64,000 bases of DNA from Octopus bimaculoides (lineage: Eukaryota): assembly GCF_001194135.2 (NCBI RefSeq), contig NC_068982.1:165541612-165605611 (forward strand). Reading direction: 5' to 3'. A model generated the notes under the pieces. It was not told the origin of the DNA. It did no database searches and was given only the letters and a program-made list of their open reading frames with translations. This document shows, one piece after another, positions 39,691 through 53,289 of the stretch; position 1 is the stretch's first letter; each line of letters starts with the position of its first letter. A program made the position numbers and the translations under genes.

Positions 39691-40477
39691 GCAAGAAAAG
39701 CCCCTACATGGTAAATACTGGGCTAAACTAAATGCGAAAGAAATAGACAGAGAAAAATCCCAGCGATGGCTGAGAAGCTCAGGACTCAAAGCAGAGACTG
39801 AAGGATTTTTAATTGCTGCACAAGACCAAAGCCTCCCCACCAGAAATTACCAAAAACACATAATGAAAAGAAATATAACAAGTAACTGTAGAATATGTGG
39901 AGATCGACAAGAAACAATAAATCATATTATCTCTGGCTGCCCNNNNNNNNNNNNNNNNNNNNNNNNNNNNNNNNNNNNNNNNNNNNNNNNNNNNNNNNNN
40001 NNNNNNNNNNNNNNNNNNNNNNNNNNNNNNNNNNNNNNNNNNNNNNNNNNNNNNNNNNNNNNNNNNNNNNNNNNNNNNNNNNNNNNNNNNNNNNNCAATA
40101 CCAGCAGATGACAACGTTTCTCTAAAAGAAATGGAAAAACTTTCAAAATACAAAGACCTGGAAATAGAGATAACTCGAATGTGGAATCTAAAAACAGAAA
40201 CAATTCCTATCATAGTAGGTGCCTTAGGTATAATAAAAAAATATTCAGACAAATACATAACAAAAACACCAGGACTTACAAATATATATAACATACAGAA
40301 AATTGCACTACTGGGTACTGCACACATTCTACGCAAAACACTTTCAATACAGTAAACATAAGAGCACCACAGCAAACCACAGCACATACCCAAGGCGCAC
40401 AGAGCTGCGCTCGGTAGTGAAGTGAAAGCACGTTATAAAAATAAAACTACTGAATAATAATAATAATAATAATAATG
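39689..40477 (+). mobile_element. Young 5'-truncated R4/Dong-type LINE between (TAA)n runs (gap inside)
   Basis: No stops in either sequenced part: WQEKPLHGKY...GLKAETEGFLIAAQDQ...CRICGDRQETINHIISGC, then EKLSKYKDLEIEITRMWNLKTETIPIIVGALG...LLGTAHILRKTL*; 3' UTR then (TAA)n. Confidence 0.9.
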
Positions 40478-40559
40478 AAAAAAATGTGGGAAGTTTTTTT
40501 TTTGTTCCCCGTTAGAATCACATATCGAATGAATTATAGATATAATGAAAATGACAATG

Positions 40560-42185
40560 AAATGGCTACCTACCCCTAAAGCAGGTAGTTTCATTTTACT
40601 GTTTTTAAATGATCAGCTCATATTGGTCTTGTATCTGTTGGTTTATGACATATACTGTATTAACTCTTCGAAGGCCACCACCGGTGGCAATTCGTCGTAG
40701 CGAAAGTGTATTCCTCTCATTTCTGTTCTTTCACCAAACAACTCCTTCAGTTTCTGCCCTCTTTTTTTTTTTTTTTTCAACAAAACACTTTTAAAACCTT
40801 CGTTATACTCTTTGGCCGCTAATTTCACTCTAATAACGTCCTTCATATTCGCAATTCTCTTTTCTGTCTCTACACATTTTGGGTATTGCGCCATTGTTCT
40901 TATGTTTTTTCCTTTTGGGTGTCACTCTTCTTCTCTCTTCACCAATCCCCTCCTCTGCCATTGGCATTGCATTTCTGTCTCTGTCTATCCCTCATTCTGT
41001 GTTGCTATAATCTGTCTTTCATTTTCCTTTCTCTTCTGTATTATTTCCTACTTACTAGTTGATGGTCTCTGCGTTTGCTCCTCACTTACTTTTGTATGTC
41101 TCTTCATTTTTTTCTCTTCTCATCTGTATTTTCTTGTTTTTCATTCTGCTTCTCCTCTCCACTTTCCTTTCTTTTCTTCTTCATACTTTTTCGTGGGGGA
41201 TCTGTCTTCTTTCTTTTTACCACTGTATGTTGCTCCTCTATTATCTCCTCTTCCACGGTTGTACCCTTCTTCTTCCTGATATTCCTTGCATGTCCCCTTA
41301 CTCCACAAAGAAAACATACAGGTGGTCTTCCTTCCAATACTATTCTCAACCTTGCTTCGTTCGGCAGTATCAGTTCTTCCGCAATCTTGTGGAGGTCTGG
41401 CAAGCTTATATGGACCAACACCTCTAGTCCATACGCCTAACAGTTCACCTCCTAGTTTTTGATATTTTTATTATCTCCGTGTCTTCCTCTGTGTTGAAGA
41501 AAATGGCCGCCACCAGCCACGCCTCATCAATTTCTGGGGGAACTCTACCTATTCTTACTCTGGCCTCACGTTTGCCACAGTAAGTCGGTAAGAGCGCCCA
41601 CTCCGCTGATCTCAAAGGCACAGTGGAGCACTTCCTGTCTTCCTCCTCACTCGCAAAGCTCATCTCCACTGTGCCGCACTTCCCTCCTCCGGTGTAGAAC
41701 GTTGCTACGTTTCTAACCTCTCTGAGGCACCCTCGACCGCCTCCACCGCTGCCATTTCCACCCTTCTTGCTGCAATCTCCAATGCTTTGTACACAACTGC
41801 TACCCTCTCCGTACCACCTGCGCCCCCCCCTCGGGTGGTGTCAACCTTAGGCCACCTCCTTCCCCTCCCAATAAATCGTTGAATCCTTTAAAGCTTCTTT
41901 CCTGCAATCCAGCCTCTTCAACTTGCAGTCCCTCCACTGACCGGATCCTGCCAGTCACTGCAGGACAACTGCTCGCCTGCACTGGTGCACCCCCACACTA
42001 TTCACGACCTCACCCATAAATGGATAAGAAAATTAAAAAAACGGTGACAACAAGTTCAACAAGCAACAACAATCCCACAGTTCAACAAACAACAGTCAAA
42101 CAAAAATGACACTCACAAAGAGCGCACACCCCTCCAACTCACCAACTCAACAAAACACTAGCGACAACGCCGACCTCCTCTCAAC
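40560..42185 (-). mobile_element. L1/Tx1-like ORF1 (gag-like) element without detectable ORF2
   Basis: ORF pieces ARVRIGRVPPEIDEAWLVAAI and RLRIVLEGRPPVCFLCGVRGH (zinc-knuckle start) followed by K/E-rich tail; frameshifted; no EN/RT motifs seen; ends approximate. Confidence 0.55.
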
Positions 42186-42199
42186 GATTAGGTGGAGAT

Positions 42200-42476
42200 G
42201 ATTTTTAAAATGAGAATATCTAAAACAAACTCGACTGCTCTCACAAACAAGAATACTAAAAATGAACCCGACCGCTCTTAAATATTAAGTAAAAAAAAAA
42301 AACAAAAAAAACGGCAAAATAATTCAAAATCCTTGCCTGGTACCGGATCGATCCCAAAATCTAATCAGTTCGTGCCAGTTATGAGGCCAAACATCCCTGA
42401 AAAGTTCACCCGAATCCATCCAGCGGTTCTTGAGATATCTTTTACACGGATAAACAATTAAACAAACACGTCTGAA
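42200..42476 (+). mobile_element. Possible non-autonomous Helitron/Helentron-like interspersed repeat fragment
   Basis: GGATCGATCCCAAAATCTAATCAGTTC...AAAGTTCACCCGAATCCATCCAGCGGTTCTTGAGATATC...AAACAAAC resembles recalled motifs of such elements; weak. Confidence 0.3.
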
Positions 42477-42577
42477 GGAAGAAGAAGAAGAAGAAGAAGA
42501 AGAAGAAGAAGAAGAAGAAGAAGAAGAAGAAGAAGAAGAAGAAGAAGAAGAAGAAGAAGAAGAAGAAGAAGAAGAAG

Positions 42578-42630
<53 letters not shown>

Positions 42631-42650
42631 AAACAAAAACAACAACAAAA
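42477..42650. repeat. Compound (GAA)n(CAA)n microsatellite
   Basis: Direct inspection. Confidence 0.95.
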
Positions 42651-43903
42651 GGAGAAGAAGACACCAGCAACAATTGATATGACGGTGATAGTAATGTTGA
42701 TAATGATAATCATGGTTGTGATCATAAATATCTAAAGTTAGAATTTCGTGGTGATGCAAATGAAGTTCTAATTTATCCAACTTCCTTATCTTCAACTATA
42801 TTTCATAGTCAATGGCCTTATAGACATTTCAATTTATCATATTATATCTTTTCTTTGCGAAGGACAAGATTTGGCTTATTACCAAAGATAACATAATTAT
42901 TTAGTAATCAGGTGTTCATTTGTCACTTAACCCTTCACATACATTTATTTCTTTACAGTTCTTCAACCGAACGAAATACTGAGTGCATGATTTGCATAAG
43001 AAAAGCATTTATCATTAAATAATTTGTTTTATTAGGCTGACCAATTGGTGAGGACATTGCCTCCGTTCTAAATTAGAAGTTCACATCAGTTAACTGTCGC
43101 TTTAAATAAATCATACAACTGTTGAGGATACCTTAATATTTATAATTTATATAACGATCTATAATGAATTCAGTACGAAAATTATATCTTTCTGATACTA
43201 AGAGGAAAGCTAAATATCAATAACTTGGAACATCTATTTTATCCTAAGATCGGTTACACAGAGCAATAAATCCAGGAAAAAGATGTAATATTAATACTTC
43301 CTTCCTCATTTCATTAAACCCAGCTTCGGTTACTAATATGAATGTCTATATTTGATAAACGACTAAATATTTTGTTGGTTCGTTATGGGCGAATTAATCA
43401 AGACCGTTGCTTGATTAGTGCTTATTTTCTTGAGGCCAAAGGTTCGAAGAACTAAGGTTTAGGCGTTAGTATTTCAATTCTTACAGTGGGAACTAAAGTG
43501 GCAAACTATACCAATAGTTACAAATGAGATAAATCCTACTACAATACAACGTAATGCGATAAAATAGCCATCCGTCGAGCCAAGGGTCATTCTGTATTTG
43601 CTCGACTTGCAAGAAATAATAAACTACTCTTTATCAGACCACAATTTGCCATGTTGGAAAAAGAAGTATTTACATTGGTCTATGTTGGAACTGTTTTGAT
43701 TGTAAGATGCAAGAGAAATATTTAACATCGAATTATACGTACTCGCGATTATGCCACTATAAACCCGAAAAATCAGAGCATTTATGTATACATAATTCAC
43801 ACACATTTATGTATATATATACATACATACAAACATGCATATATATATATATATATACGTATATGCAAACATACATACATGCATACATACAAACATACAC
43901 ACA

Positions 43904-43951
<48 letters not shown>

Positions 43952-45659
43952 CATAAAAACGAAGCTCAGTGAAATCGCTATGCAGTCATCTCTTCTTTGG
44001 GCGGAGGAGACTCAAAAATTTAGAGTATTAGGTAGTCCAATGCATCAAAGAGAAAACTAATCTGTGTCACAGAAGTTGTTTACCTTTCTAATGTATACAC
44101 TTGTTCACATGCACATTTACTGCTTCAATATTTTGTGCAAACAAATAACTCAAATAAATCAGGTTTCCAATTTCTCAACACTTGGATATGTATATTGGAA
44201 TAAGTTTTGTCTTTAATGGATTGCAGCAAATAACTATCTTTGGTAACGTGGGGGAGTCACGTAAAAAATATTTTATAACACCGTCTTCTGATATACATAC
44301 AAGCTATAACCATAAAAGTAAGTGCAGACATCAAATAATTCAAATTGAAGAACCACATCCTAAAGTTATGTGAACTATCGACTTTTATGCAATTACTCTT
44401 TTAAGAAATGCTACTGCTACTATTGTAGTTGTATTTCTATCTGCATTCAACATTTCAGCATTGGCGTCACAATATTACTTCAAATACAGATATTTTTTTT
44501 GCTTTGAATGGTTATACATATTGACTTGCTGGCACCCTGGGTTCTTTAGATGAGGTCATTGTATATTGAGTGATTACTGTATGGTCTGATCTTTAGAACT
44601 TTGTCTTTTCACAGTCACCTTTTAGAGACCTGCGTCGAAATAACATTTCCTATGCAAGTGGATGTCGAAAGAATCGTATATTAAATGTTAGCGTTACGTG
44701 GGGTGAACGACATTTATAGTCATAATATGAATAAAATATCATTTATGTTAGCTAAAAGAAACAGACAGAAGGAATAGAAACCAGCAAGTAATTGACGTAT
44801 TTGCCTTCCTTGTGGTGAAATGTTGACAAACTTATTTGAATTGACGATGCGTTTGAAGTGGAAACAGGAGTGAGAATATAAATACTTGTTCCTCTCCCAG
44901 AAAGCTCTCTCAATTCCCTATAATACTGCATTCGACTTGTATGTTTTATAACTAGAGAACTTCGCCCAGCAGTTATTTATATGATATAAACCAGTGTTGC
45001 TGTGCAATTTGCTTTCGAGGAGACTAACAGGCCAAGCATATATTGTTTAAGTATACTTTTCGGATTGTCGCTGCTGTTTAAGCGAAGGTCAACCTTCATC
45101 AAGCAGAGCTATATGAAGTGACATTACAAACTTATTTTATGACATCGTGTATCAAGGGCTATATTATCCAGTATGTCATTTATTTTTAAGGTGTTGAGTG
45201 TGATATGAGGGTATTTTGATGGCTATATGTCACAAATTGAGAAACCGCATTAGGTCTCCCTCGAAAGCTTGCTCTCGTGTCTTTGTGTTCATACCAGATG
45301 CAGGAATACCATGCGTCTTTATGGAAAAGATTGATAACAAAGTTGTATCAAAATGGATAACTATTGTTCAGGGTTTGCTAACCGAGTTTTCACGGAAACC
45401 TAATGTTCCATGAAAAGTACTTATGTATAATAGGATACATATATGCAAATCCATTTTGGAATAATTTTGATGGTTAATTCTACATTTATAACTTTATTAG
45501 ATACACACATGGCATATTTACTAAAGAACGGAAATCTTGTCTTCGGGTGTACGAAACCCGAAGGGGAAACTGATATCTTAACGGAAAACTGCTCAGTAAC
45601 TTGATCCAAACCAAATCTTAATTAAGGCAAAATTTCAGAAGCATTAATCGTGACGTATA

Positions 45660-47120
45660 ATGGACCTAGCACTGCTCAAAGTTTCAAAGGCATTTCTATG
45701 ATCCTTTTAATCTCTTATGAAATGTTTAACTTTATTACACAAAAAGGAAAAACTTAATGAAGAACTGTTCCTTGTGACTTGAAATTATTTCAAGATATTC
45801 CACAAGATTGGAGATGCTCCTGTTTAGAAAAATTGGCGATTTCTTTCAGTCATTACCCACAACTGACGAGCACGTGTAACGTTGGCAATATAACAGTTTA
45901 TTTCGCCTATTCTTAAACATATAGTACGTATGAATTAGCGAAATGCATGTAATTGATATTCAGTTATAATTTCAAAATTATAATTATTGATAAGGAAACG
46001 TGTGCAGTGAGATCTAGTTTATTCAGGACTAGAGGCAGTTGATAATTTCTAATTCTAGCAAGTCAACACAGTTCATTAGTGCTTATAATTCGGAGCATTC
46101 ATGAAATAGTGAGACACAGCAGCACAGACATACATATGGATAAATGTTTCAGATTTGGGAATGGAAGTAAGAGTAACCTGACGAGGTTCTTGAAATTAAT
46201 AAACAGCATTCATAAATCGACTCAATTCACAATAGATGTGAACGAAACGACTGCAATGACACGAATACATACCATAACTTAGATTTTACAACTTAACACC
46301 CATTCCATATTAAAAGAAACAACCCATTTAATATAGCAAGGTGTACATTTTCAATAGTTACGTATACAACGACATGAGGGAGGTGGCTGGTTGAAATAAA
46401 AGTATTCCTTAAGAAACAGAAATACCTGAGAAACTTAGCAAATCATATCATAACCCAGCCAAAAAGATCCCATTCTCTGTCTTACGGAGACACTTTTACA
46501 ATAGGAACCAAGACAAAACCAAAAACATAACACTACAGATTTAATTTGTAGTTACCATAACTCTGAAAATCATGACATATTACATTCGACCAAATGATAA
46601 CTTCTAATCCTACACCAATTATTAAATTTCAGAAAATAGTCATAAAATATCAACTAGCCAAAACAACCGCCAAATCTTAAAAGTTTCTCAATAAAGGCAA
46701 AATTCACAACAGAAGAAGAAATAATGCACGCAACAAAATGTGAAAACTTTCGTTGTCGGACGTGAGAAATAGTTGAACAGGAGAAAACAAAACTTTCAAG
46801 AATGGAAAGAAACTGAAGTTAGTGCAAATACGAATGGCAAAGCAAAAATTAAATATCCGCTACATTACAGAGCCACAATTTCATGAGATTTATATCAGCC
46901 AAACAGGATCAAAATGAATACATTGGATACATAGGCAACAAATCAAAACTCCTTCTCTTAAAAATGTTCAGTTTAGTAAACATCTAGACATTTGTGCAAT
47001 TTCAAATTTCAAAATAATCGGAGTTTTCTTTTTCAAAATGAAGGAAGAGTATTATCAACTCCCGAATGCAAAGTGAAATACGTTATAAGAATTCTAAATT
47101 CGAAACTAAACCGTAATAGT
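45660..47120 (+). mobile_element. Decayed Penelope-like element (RT + GIY-YIG endonuclease)
   Basis: MDKCFRFGNGSKSNLTRFLKLINSIHKSTQFT (YxDD region), LDFTT*HPFHIKRNNPFNIAR, KQPPNLKSF, KCENFRCRT, EIYISQTG...HRQQI; left end uncertain. Confidence 0.75.
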
Positions 47121-49194
47121 CAACACTGTTACTAAAATCAACTTCCTCTATACAGATTAACCCGTAATAAGTGTATTTGAGAAAGTTTAAACAACGAAAG
47201 CGCAGATACATTACAAAAGCTCGTTTCCCCAAAATTTGTGTTGTTGAGTGTTTTTTTTAATTTTTTCTAGTATAATTAATAATTTGGATTTCCAAAAATC
47301 TTTCTCCGAATTAGTTGACTCAATCAAAAATTCTTTCTATTTATTTCTAAATTGTTATGTGTGTGTATGTATGTGTGTGTATGTATGTATGTATGTGTAT
47401 GTATGTGTGTGTATGTATGTATGTGCATGTATGTGTGTGTATTTATGTGTGTGTATGTATGTATGCGTGCGTGTCTGTCTGTCTGTCTGTCTATGTTTTA
47501 TTTATTGCTATAGGATGAAAAGCCAAAGTGACATTGCCTGAATTTGAAATAAGAATATGAAAAACTCGAATAAATATTGCACAGAAATTTGTCGAATTTC
47601 TACCGATTCTTCCAAAGAGCAGCCATTTTGGATGAATTCCAACGATATATAAGTGTTACTTCACTCGAAATTTCCTAGGCAATCATCGCCTTGACACCTA
47701 ATAACGTCACAGAATGTCAACACAGAATGTATTTAGAAATATAACACATAGTGATTCTTGAACGAGATTTTGAAGATAACATTTTAGGTTATATGAATGC
47801 CTTTCCTTTAGTCAGTGACCTGTTTTTAAAGAAATTATGTCTATCGATGCATGGTATTTATTTGAGAAATTATAAACAGCCCGTTGAAAATTACACTTTA
47901 ATACGTTACACTTAATGTACATTTATTGATTTGACACGGACTACTGACTTTGTGAATAGAATTCGAAACAGAGTAATGAATCTACAAAGTCTAATAGTTC
48001 AATATGCTACAACTAGAACTAATCTTCACACACGCGGAAATTTAAGAATTGACTGTATTCCAAGAATGAAAATGGATGATATAGACTTACTATATTTCAT
48101 TGATTTGGAAAAAAATATTATGAGAATAGCAAAATATACAAAACCGTATATATAAACTTGAAAGACTGTATCTATTTAAACTCGTGGAATAGTTTCCAGT
48201 TAGTGTCTATTACATGGTAACCAAAACTGCATTTGGAATATTTGTCCTATCCTATCATTTCATTTAATTTTGCTGTATCTTGCATATGACGCATCATGTT
48301 TAAATACACTCTGCGGAAGATTGTTCTGTTGTCAAAAGTATGCCAAGTTTTCCTTCTTGCTATGTTGACTCTATATGTAAATGATTTATACTTGGCAGAG
48401 CTTTCTTTAGCTGTTAAATATTCCCAATAATAAAATCAATATTTTTTCATTAAACTATCTGCAAGTTACGACGTATGTTCTGTCATAATGTAAGAATGTG
48501 TAATGATATATGCCCAAAGAATATCTGAAACTAAAATTAACTACTAAAATATTTATATAGAAAGCTATTATAACAAAGTTAAAGTGAATTCATAATTACT
48601 ATTAGTTTTGTTTCGATTACTCACGAAAGCCTTATGTTTTATGGTACAATTTGGAGTGCAGAGTTCATTTGGTTCACAAAGGCATTAGCGTCGTAGGTAA
48701 AGATAATTATATGCAATGGGTACATTTCTGATAGCTAATAGTTACTAGTAGTTACTTATTCTAGTAACTAAAAAATAAGATTCGAATTCATTACAAGATT
48801 TGAACTTGGAGAATGGAAACATTAACTATTCAAATAATCTTTCGATTTCTTTACTTTTGAATCAATTGTTATTCAATGCACTCTTGTTATTTGTTTGAAT
48901 TTTGAAATTTTATATTGCGTTTAGCAAACAGTTTCGTCCTTAATTTCAGACTTGCTAGGGGCAGTTTTAGTATTTCTGAATAGAGCATAATGTGAACCAT
49001 GTCCAACGCAGTGGGATCGAAACCGGAAATATGTTACCACAGAGCAAACTGCTGAGCCGTAGATGCAAACTTCTACCGGATGTGTATTGCAAGAAGTTCT
49101 CTACAAATACAGTGTGACTCACATACGCAAATACACACGCACACACACACACTGACATGTTTGTATGCGCGTGTGTTTGTGTGTGAGAGGGAGA

Positions 49195-49310
49195 GAAAGA
49201 GAGAGAGAGTAAGGAGAAAGAGAGAGAGAGTAAGGCGAAAGAGATAGATTAAGGCGAAAGAGAGAGATTAAGGAGAAAGAGAGAGAGTAAGGAGACAGAG
49301 AAAGTAAGCT
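49195..49310 (+). repeat. ~19-bp purine minisatellite (GAGAGAGAGTAAGGAGAAA)
   Basis: Direct inspection. Confidence 0.75.
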
Positions 49311-51270
49311 GATATCGTTATCAATTATTTGTTCAACTAAATTTACAGCGGCGAGGTACGAACATAGCTAAAATAGTCAAGGAACTCAAAGCACTTTGTC
49401 CTTACGGTAGCAATATCAAGTTGGCATTGAATTGTGATCAGATACAGAAAGTTCCGATTCTGTACAACTACATTATCAGAATTCGTTTAGATGCCAAATT
49501 CGAATTCGTATGTGAGAAAAAATAATATAGTCTAACAAGGAAATAGCCAAAAGGTTACAACTTATAAGTAATCTGTATTTATATATATAACTTTGATTAA
49601 GCCAGTGATATTCAAAACCTGCAATGCGAATATATACTGATTATATGAAAACAAATAAGCTGTTATAGATCAAAATACTTGTTTGTTTTTTTAGGTTCTT
49701 CAGGATAAAATTATTTGTTTGAGTTTAATTTCAAATTAGTAACATCTTTTGTATTTGCAGTTGCAAGACGCTGGTGAAATATAATTTCTGACTTATAAAT
49801 CTAAAATGAGAACGAATCAGTTCTTGTAGAGTCAGTATGAGTTTATAACAAAAAGGTCAAATCAAGTAGAACGCTGGAAAATAATTTATTTGGCGACGAA
49901 AAGGTAAGTAAATTGAATAGCTATAATGATTTGGATTGACATACAACATTTCCTGCTTTGATTTATTTATTATAAGTATATGAATAGAATGAAAATTTTA
50001 ACTATATTGTGATGAATATGAAAACCGAAAGATTGTCTAAAAATCTTAGAAAACAACTTGTATAACAACTGAAACATTTCCTTAGATATTTCCTATGATG
50101 TATGTATTTCTATATAACATGATTTTGTGTACCAACAAAAGTGACTAGGTCAAAGTACCTACGGTCTCTTGAAACTCACTGGTGGTTATACAGCACGCAG
50201 TATTCTAATAACGAAGGTTCATAAATAGCAGTAAAGAAACGACTCATATGAAAACTTTCAAATGTTAAGTCTAACAATTATTCCTTTTGAACGCAAAAAG
50301 GTGTTTTACTGATGGAAAGGAAAAATGGATAAATATATTTCAAACTGAAAATATATCGTTTGCCTAAACTAATGACATATATTACTTTCGTTCATTGTTC
50401 TCTAGTCTTAACAACTAGAATGCAACGCACACAATAACAAAGCAACTTATAAGTGGCAGATCAGCTTGCTAGAAATTTCAGAACAACCTCACTCAAACTA
50501 CACACTACTGTCTTAGAAAATTACAAATACATTGCACAATGCAGTTGCAAATTCACTATATTTAACAAATAGAGTAGCCACGGCTAGATCGCCTTTAGAA
50601 ATAGCTAGACCGGTAACGACACCAAGGGTTACAACGACTAGACAAAAGTAAACATGGAACAAATATAAAATATGGTGAAAATAATCTCTACTTGTCTTCC
50701 GTTCATAAAAATTAAAATATTTATACATGTTGACACCTTGTCTCAGCATCACGGAGCAGTAATGAACAAAACACAAAATAAGTTTTATACCAGGGATAAA
50801 ACCACATCTCATATTGATTTTATGACTTATATTTTTCCTCACCACATAAAAGATTTCACCTCCAATATTTCAAAAAATGGTCTACATGAATGTAGATATA
50901 AGTTGTCTGCAGAATGACACTGGGCATATTTTATGATGAGCGCGGGTTACTACGTCCTACTGAGAATATATCGTATAGACTTAGATTACAGTAACAATGA
51001 ATAAGATGTCATGAGGTTAACATTGAAAAGGATCCGGCAGTCTTTTGATTTCCTACTGTTATGAGCAACTCTTTTATTATCATAGCATTTCAAGTTGATG
51101 ATGGAGATACGACAACAGTCAGTAGAGATTCATTTCTATCAGATGATCGATATCTGCCAATGAAAATTACCATTGTATGAGCTATTTTGAAGAGGAAGCA
51201 CTGCACAGACATCATTGCATATAGTGTTAGGAAAGTCCAAACAACAGAGAAAACATAGCTTGTACACACA

Positions 51271-51315
<45 letters not shown>

Positions 51316-53058
51316 TCATACGAAGAAAGAAGGATAAAGACCAAGAGAGATGGAAAGGAAATAAAGATGTAAAATGAGAAAGAGAGAAAGATGAGGAAGA
51401 GAAAAGGCAGGAGCACTGCGAAAGCAAAATGACAGGCGAATGTTATATATTAATTTAGATTTATACTAAATAAAGTCGTACATGATGTATTGCCCACAAA
51501 CACTATATACATACCCTATAAATATACAAGAGGTGCATATGTTGTTTGCAGTATATGCATACATATTCATTGCTTTTGACAATGTTCAATTCCAAATTCT
51601 TCAATGAAAACATTACTTGTTTTAGCGGACCGATAAAAGGCGATGACCATCTCGGTGAAATTTGGCAATAAAGAGTTTTGTCTCCAATTTTAATAGGCAT
51701 TTTTTACAGCAGTATTTAATAAATTTCATGGTGCAATTCTTTATTACATCCCATAAAGAAGCTAGGGGTGTCAAACCATCATTGCTTCACACCACCATTT
51801 AGTTTCTTGGATAACGTTAGCAGAGTTCTCAAAGCAGCAAGCATTTTGTACAAGTTTCCCTTGTGAGGATAACTAACTCTCATCTTTCTACCAGTTTCGA
51901 AAGCCTTACACAGATCATGGACACAGCCCTCCCTCCTATAATACAACTATTAACACACAAACTTTTGATATTTTTTCTTCATAGTTAATTAACTGTTCGT
52001 ATTATAGTGCATCATACCGATATGATATGTTAGTGACGTTTATATGGTCGCTGGGAAATTAAAAGTTTGATAAATAGAGTTTTCGATAGAAAGAGAGTTT
52101 GTGATTCTAAATTGGAGACTCACCTAGTTCGGGTTTCTTATTGTTGCTGTTGTTGTTGTTGTTTTTGTTGATGATGATGATGATGATAATGATGATGATG
52201 ATGATTAAGATGATGAACTTCATTATTTACATTATAGAACTGGATGAACTTCATGATGCCATCATGATCAAGATCATAATATTGGTTGTGAAAGTGATGG
52301 TGGCGGTCGCGAAAGCTGGGAGAATGTTAACGGCGGTATTAATAGCAGGGGTGATTGATGTTAGTGAGGATGATGTCTTTCGTATTACTAGTGATGAGAA
52401 TGATAAAGAGGTTAGTTCTGCTCGAAAAAAATTCTGATTAAAAAGAAAAATCCAATTATTACTACAGACCTTTTCAGACATATCATAAACAAGGCTGCTG
52501 ATATTACCAAACGTAACCTTTGTTTTTCTTTTTTTTTCATTTTCTAACCGTTCTTTTAAACCATCGGTGTCATCGTTTTAAGTCATTATTTCAAGAATCT
52601 TTGACTTTCCTCTTTAGCAAATTGATTTATAGGAATACCACTGCATTATTGTCTACAGGTCTGCGATATTTCAGGCAGCCGTGGTAGAACACTAGAGAGA
52701 AAATCGCCAAAGAGCAAAATGTAAGCATCCGGCGAACCGATGGCTGCAACGTATTTTTGATAAGTGATTCAATGATTCATTTCTAAACAAGATTTACCAT
52801 AAAGAATCGTATTCATTAATTATTGAATGTGATGTGAGTAATAATTTTCGCTTGAACAACTATTACGTAAACAGTAGAGCTCAGTGACAATTACACATAC
52901 TGATAATTAACAATATGTTTTTAACAATATTAATTTTTAACAATATTAATTTTAGCAATTTGAGTTGTTTCAGATCTGGTTATTTTACAGAGTTGTTCAC
53001 AATTCCTTCTTTTCAGGTTAACGTTTTATTTAATCTTTAATACTTTCTGTATATAATC

Positions 53059-53266
53059 CGGCGAGTTGGCAGAAGGTTATCTCGCCGGATAAAATGCTTA
53101 GCGATATTTCTTCCGACTTTACGTTCTGAGTTCAGATCTCGCCAGAGTCAACTTTGCTTTTCATCCTTATGAGATCGATAAAATAAGAACCGGTTGACCA
53201 CTGGGGTTGATGTAACCGACTTACCCCTTCCCCTGAAATTGCGGGCCTTGCGTCAAATTTCGAAAT
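53059..53266 (+). mobile_element. SINE family 2, diverged
   Basis: GGCGAGTTGGCAGAA...CTGAGTTCAGATCTCGCC...TTTTCATCCTT. Confidence 0.8.
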
Positions 53267-53289
53267 TAATATTTTGTCTATTCTGTAAG

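Noticed and set aside
47160-47205. Hammerhead remnant after the Penelope-like ORF
   Set aside because: Core and cleavage triplet too degenerate.
47931-48155. 74-codon + ORF
   Set aside because: No recognisable homology or splice context; compatible with chance.
52141-52437. 98-codon ORF
   Set aside because: Derived from decayed GAT/GTT trinucleotide repeats.
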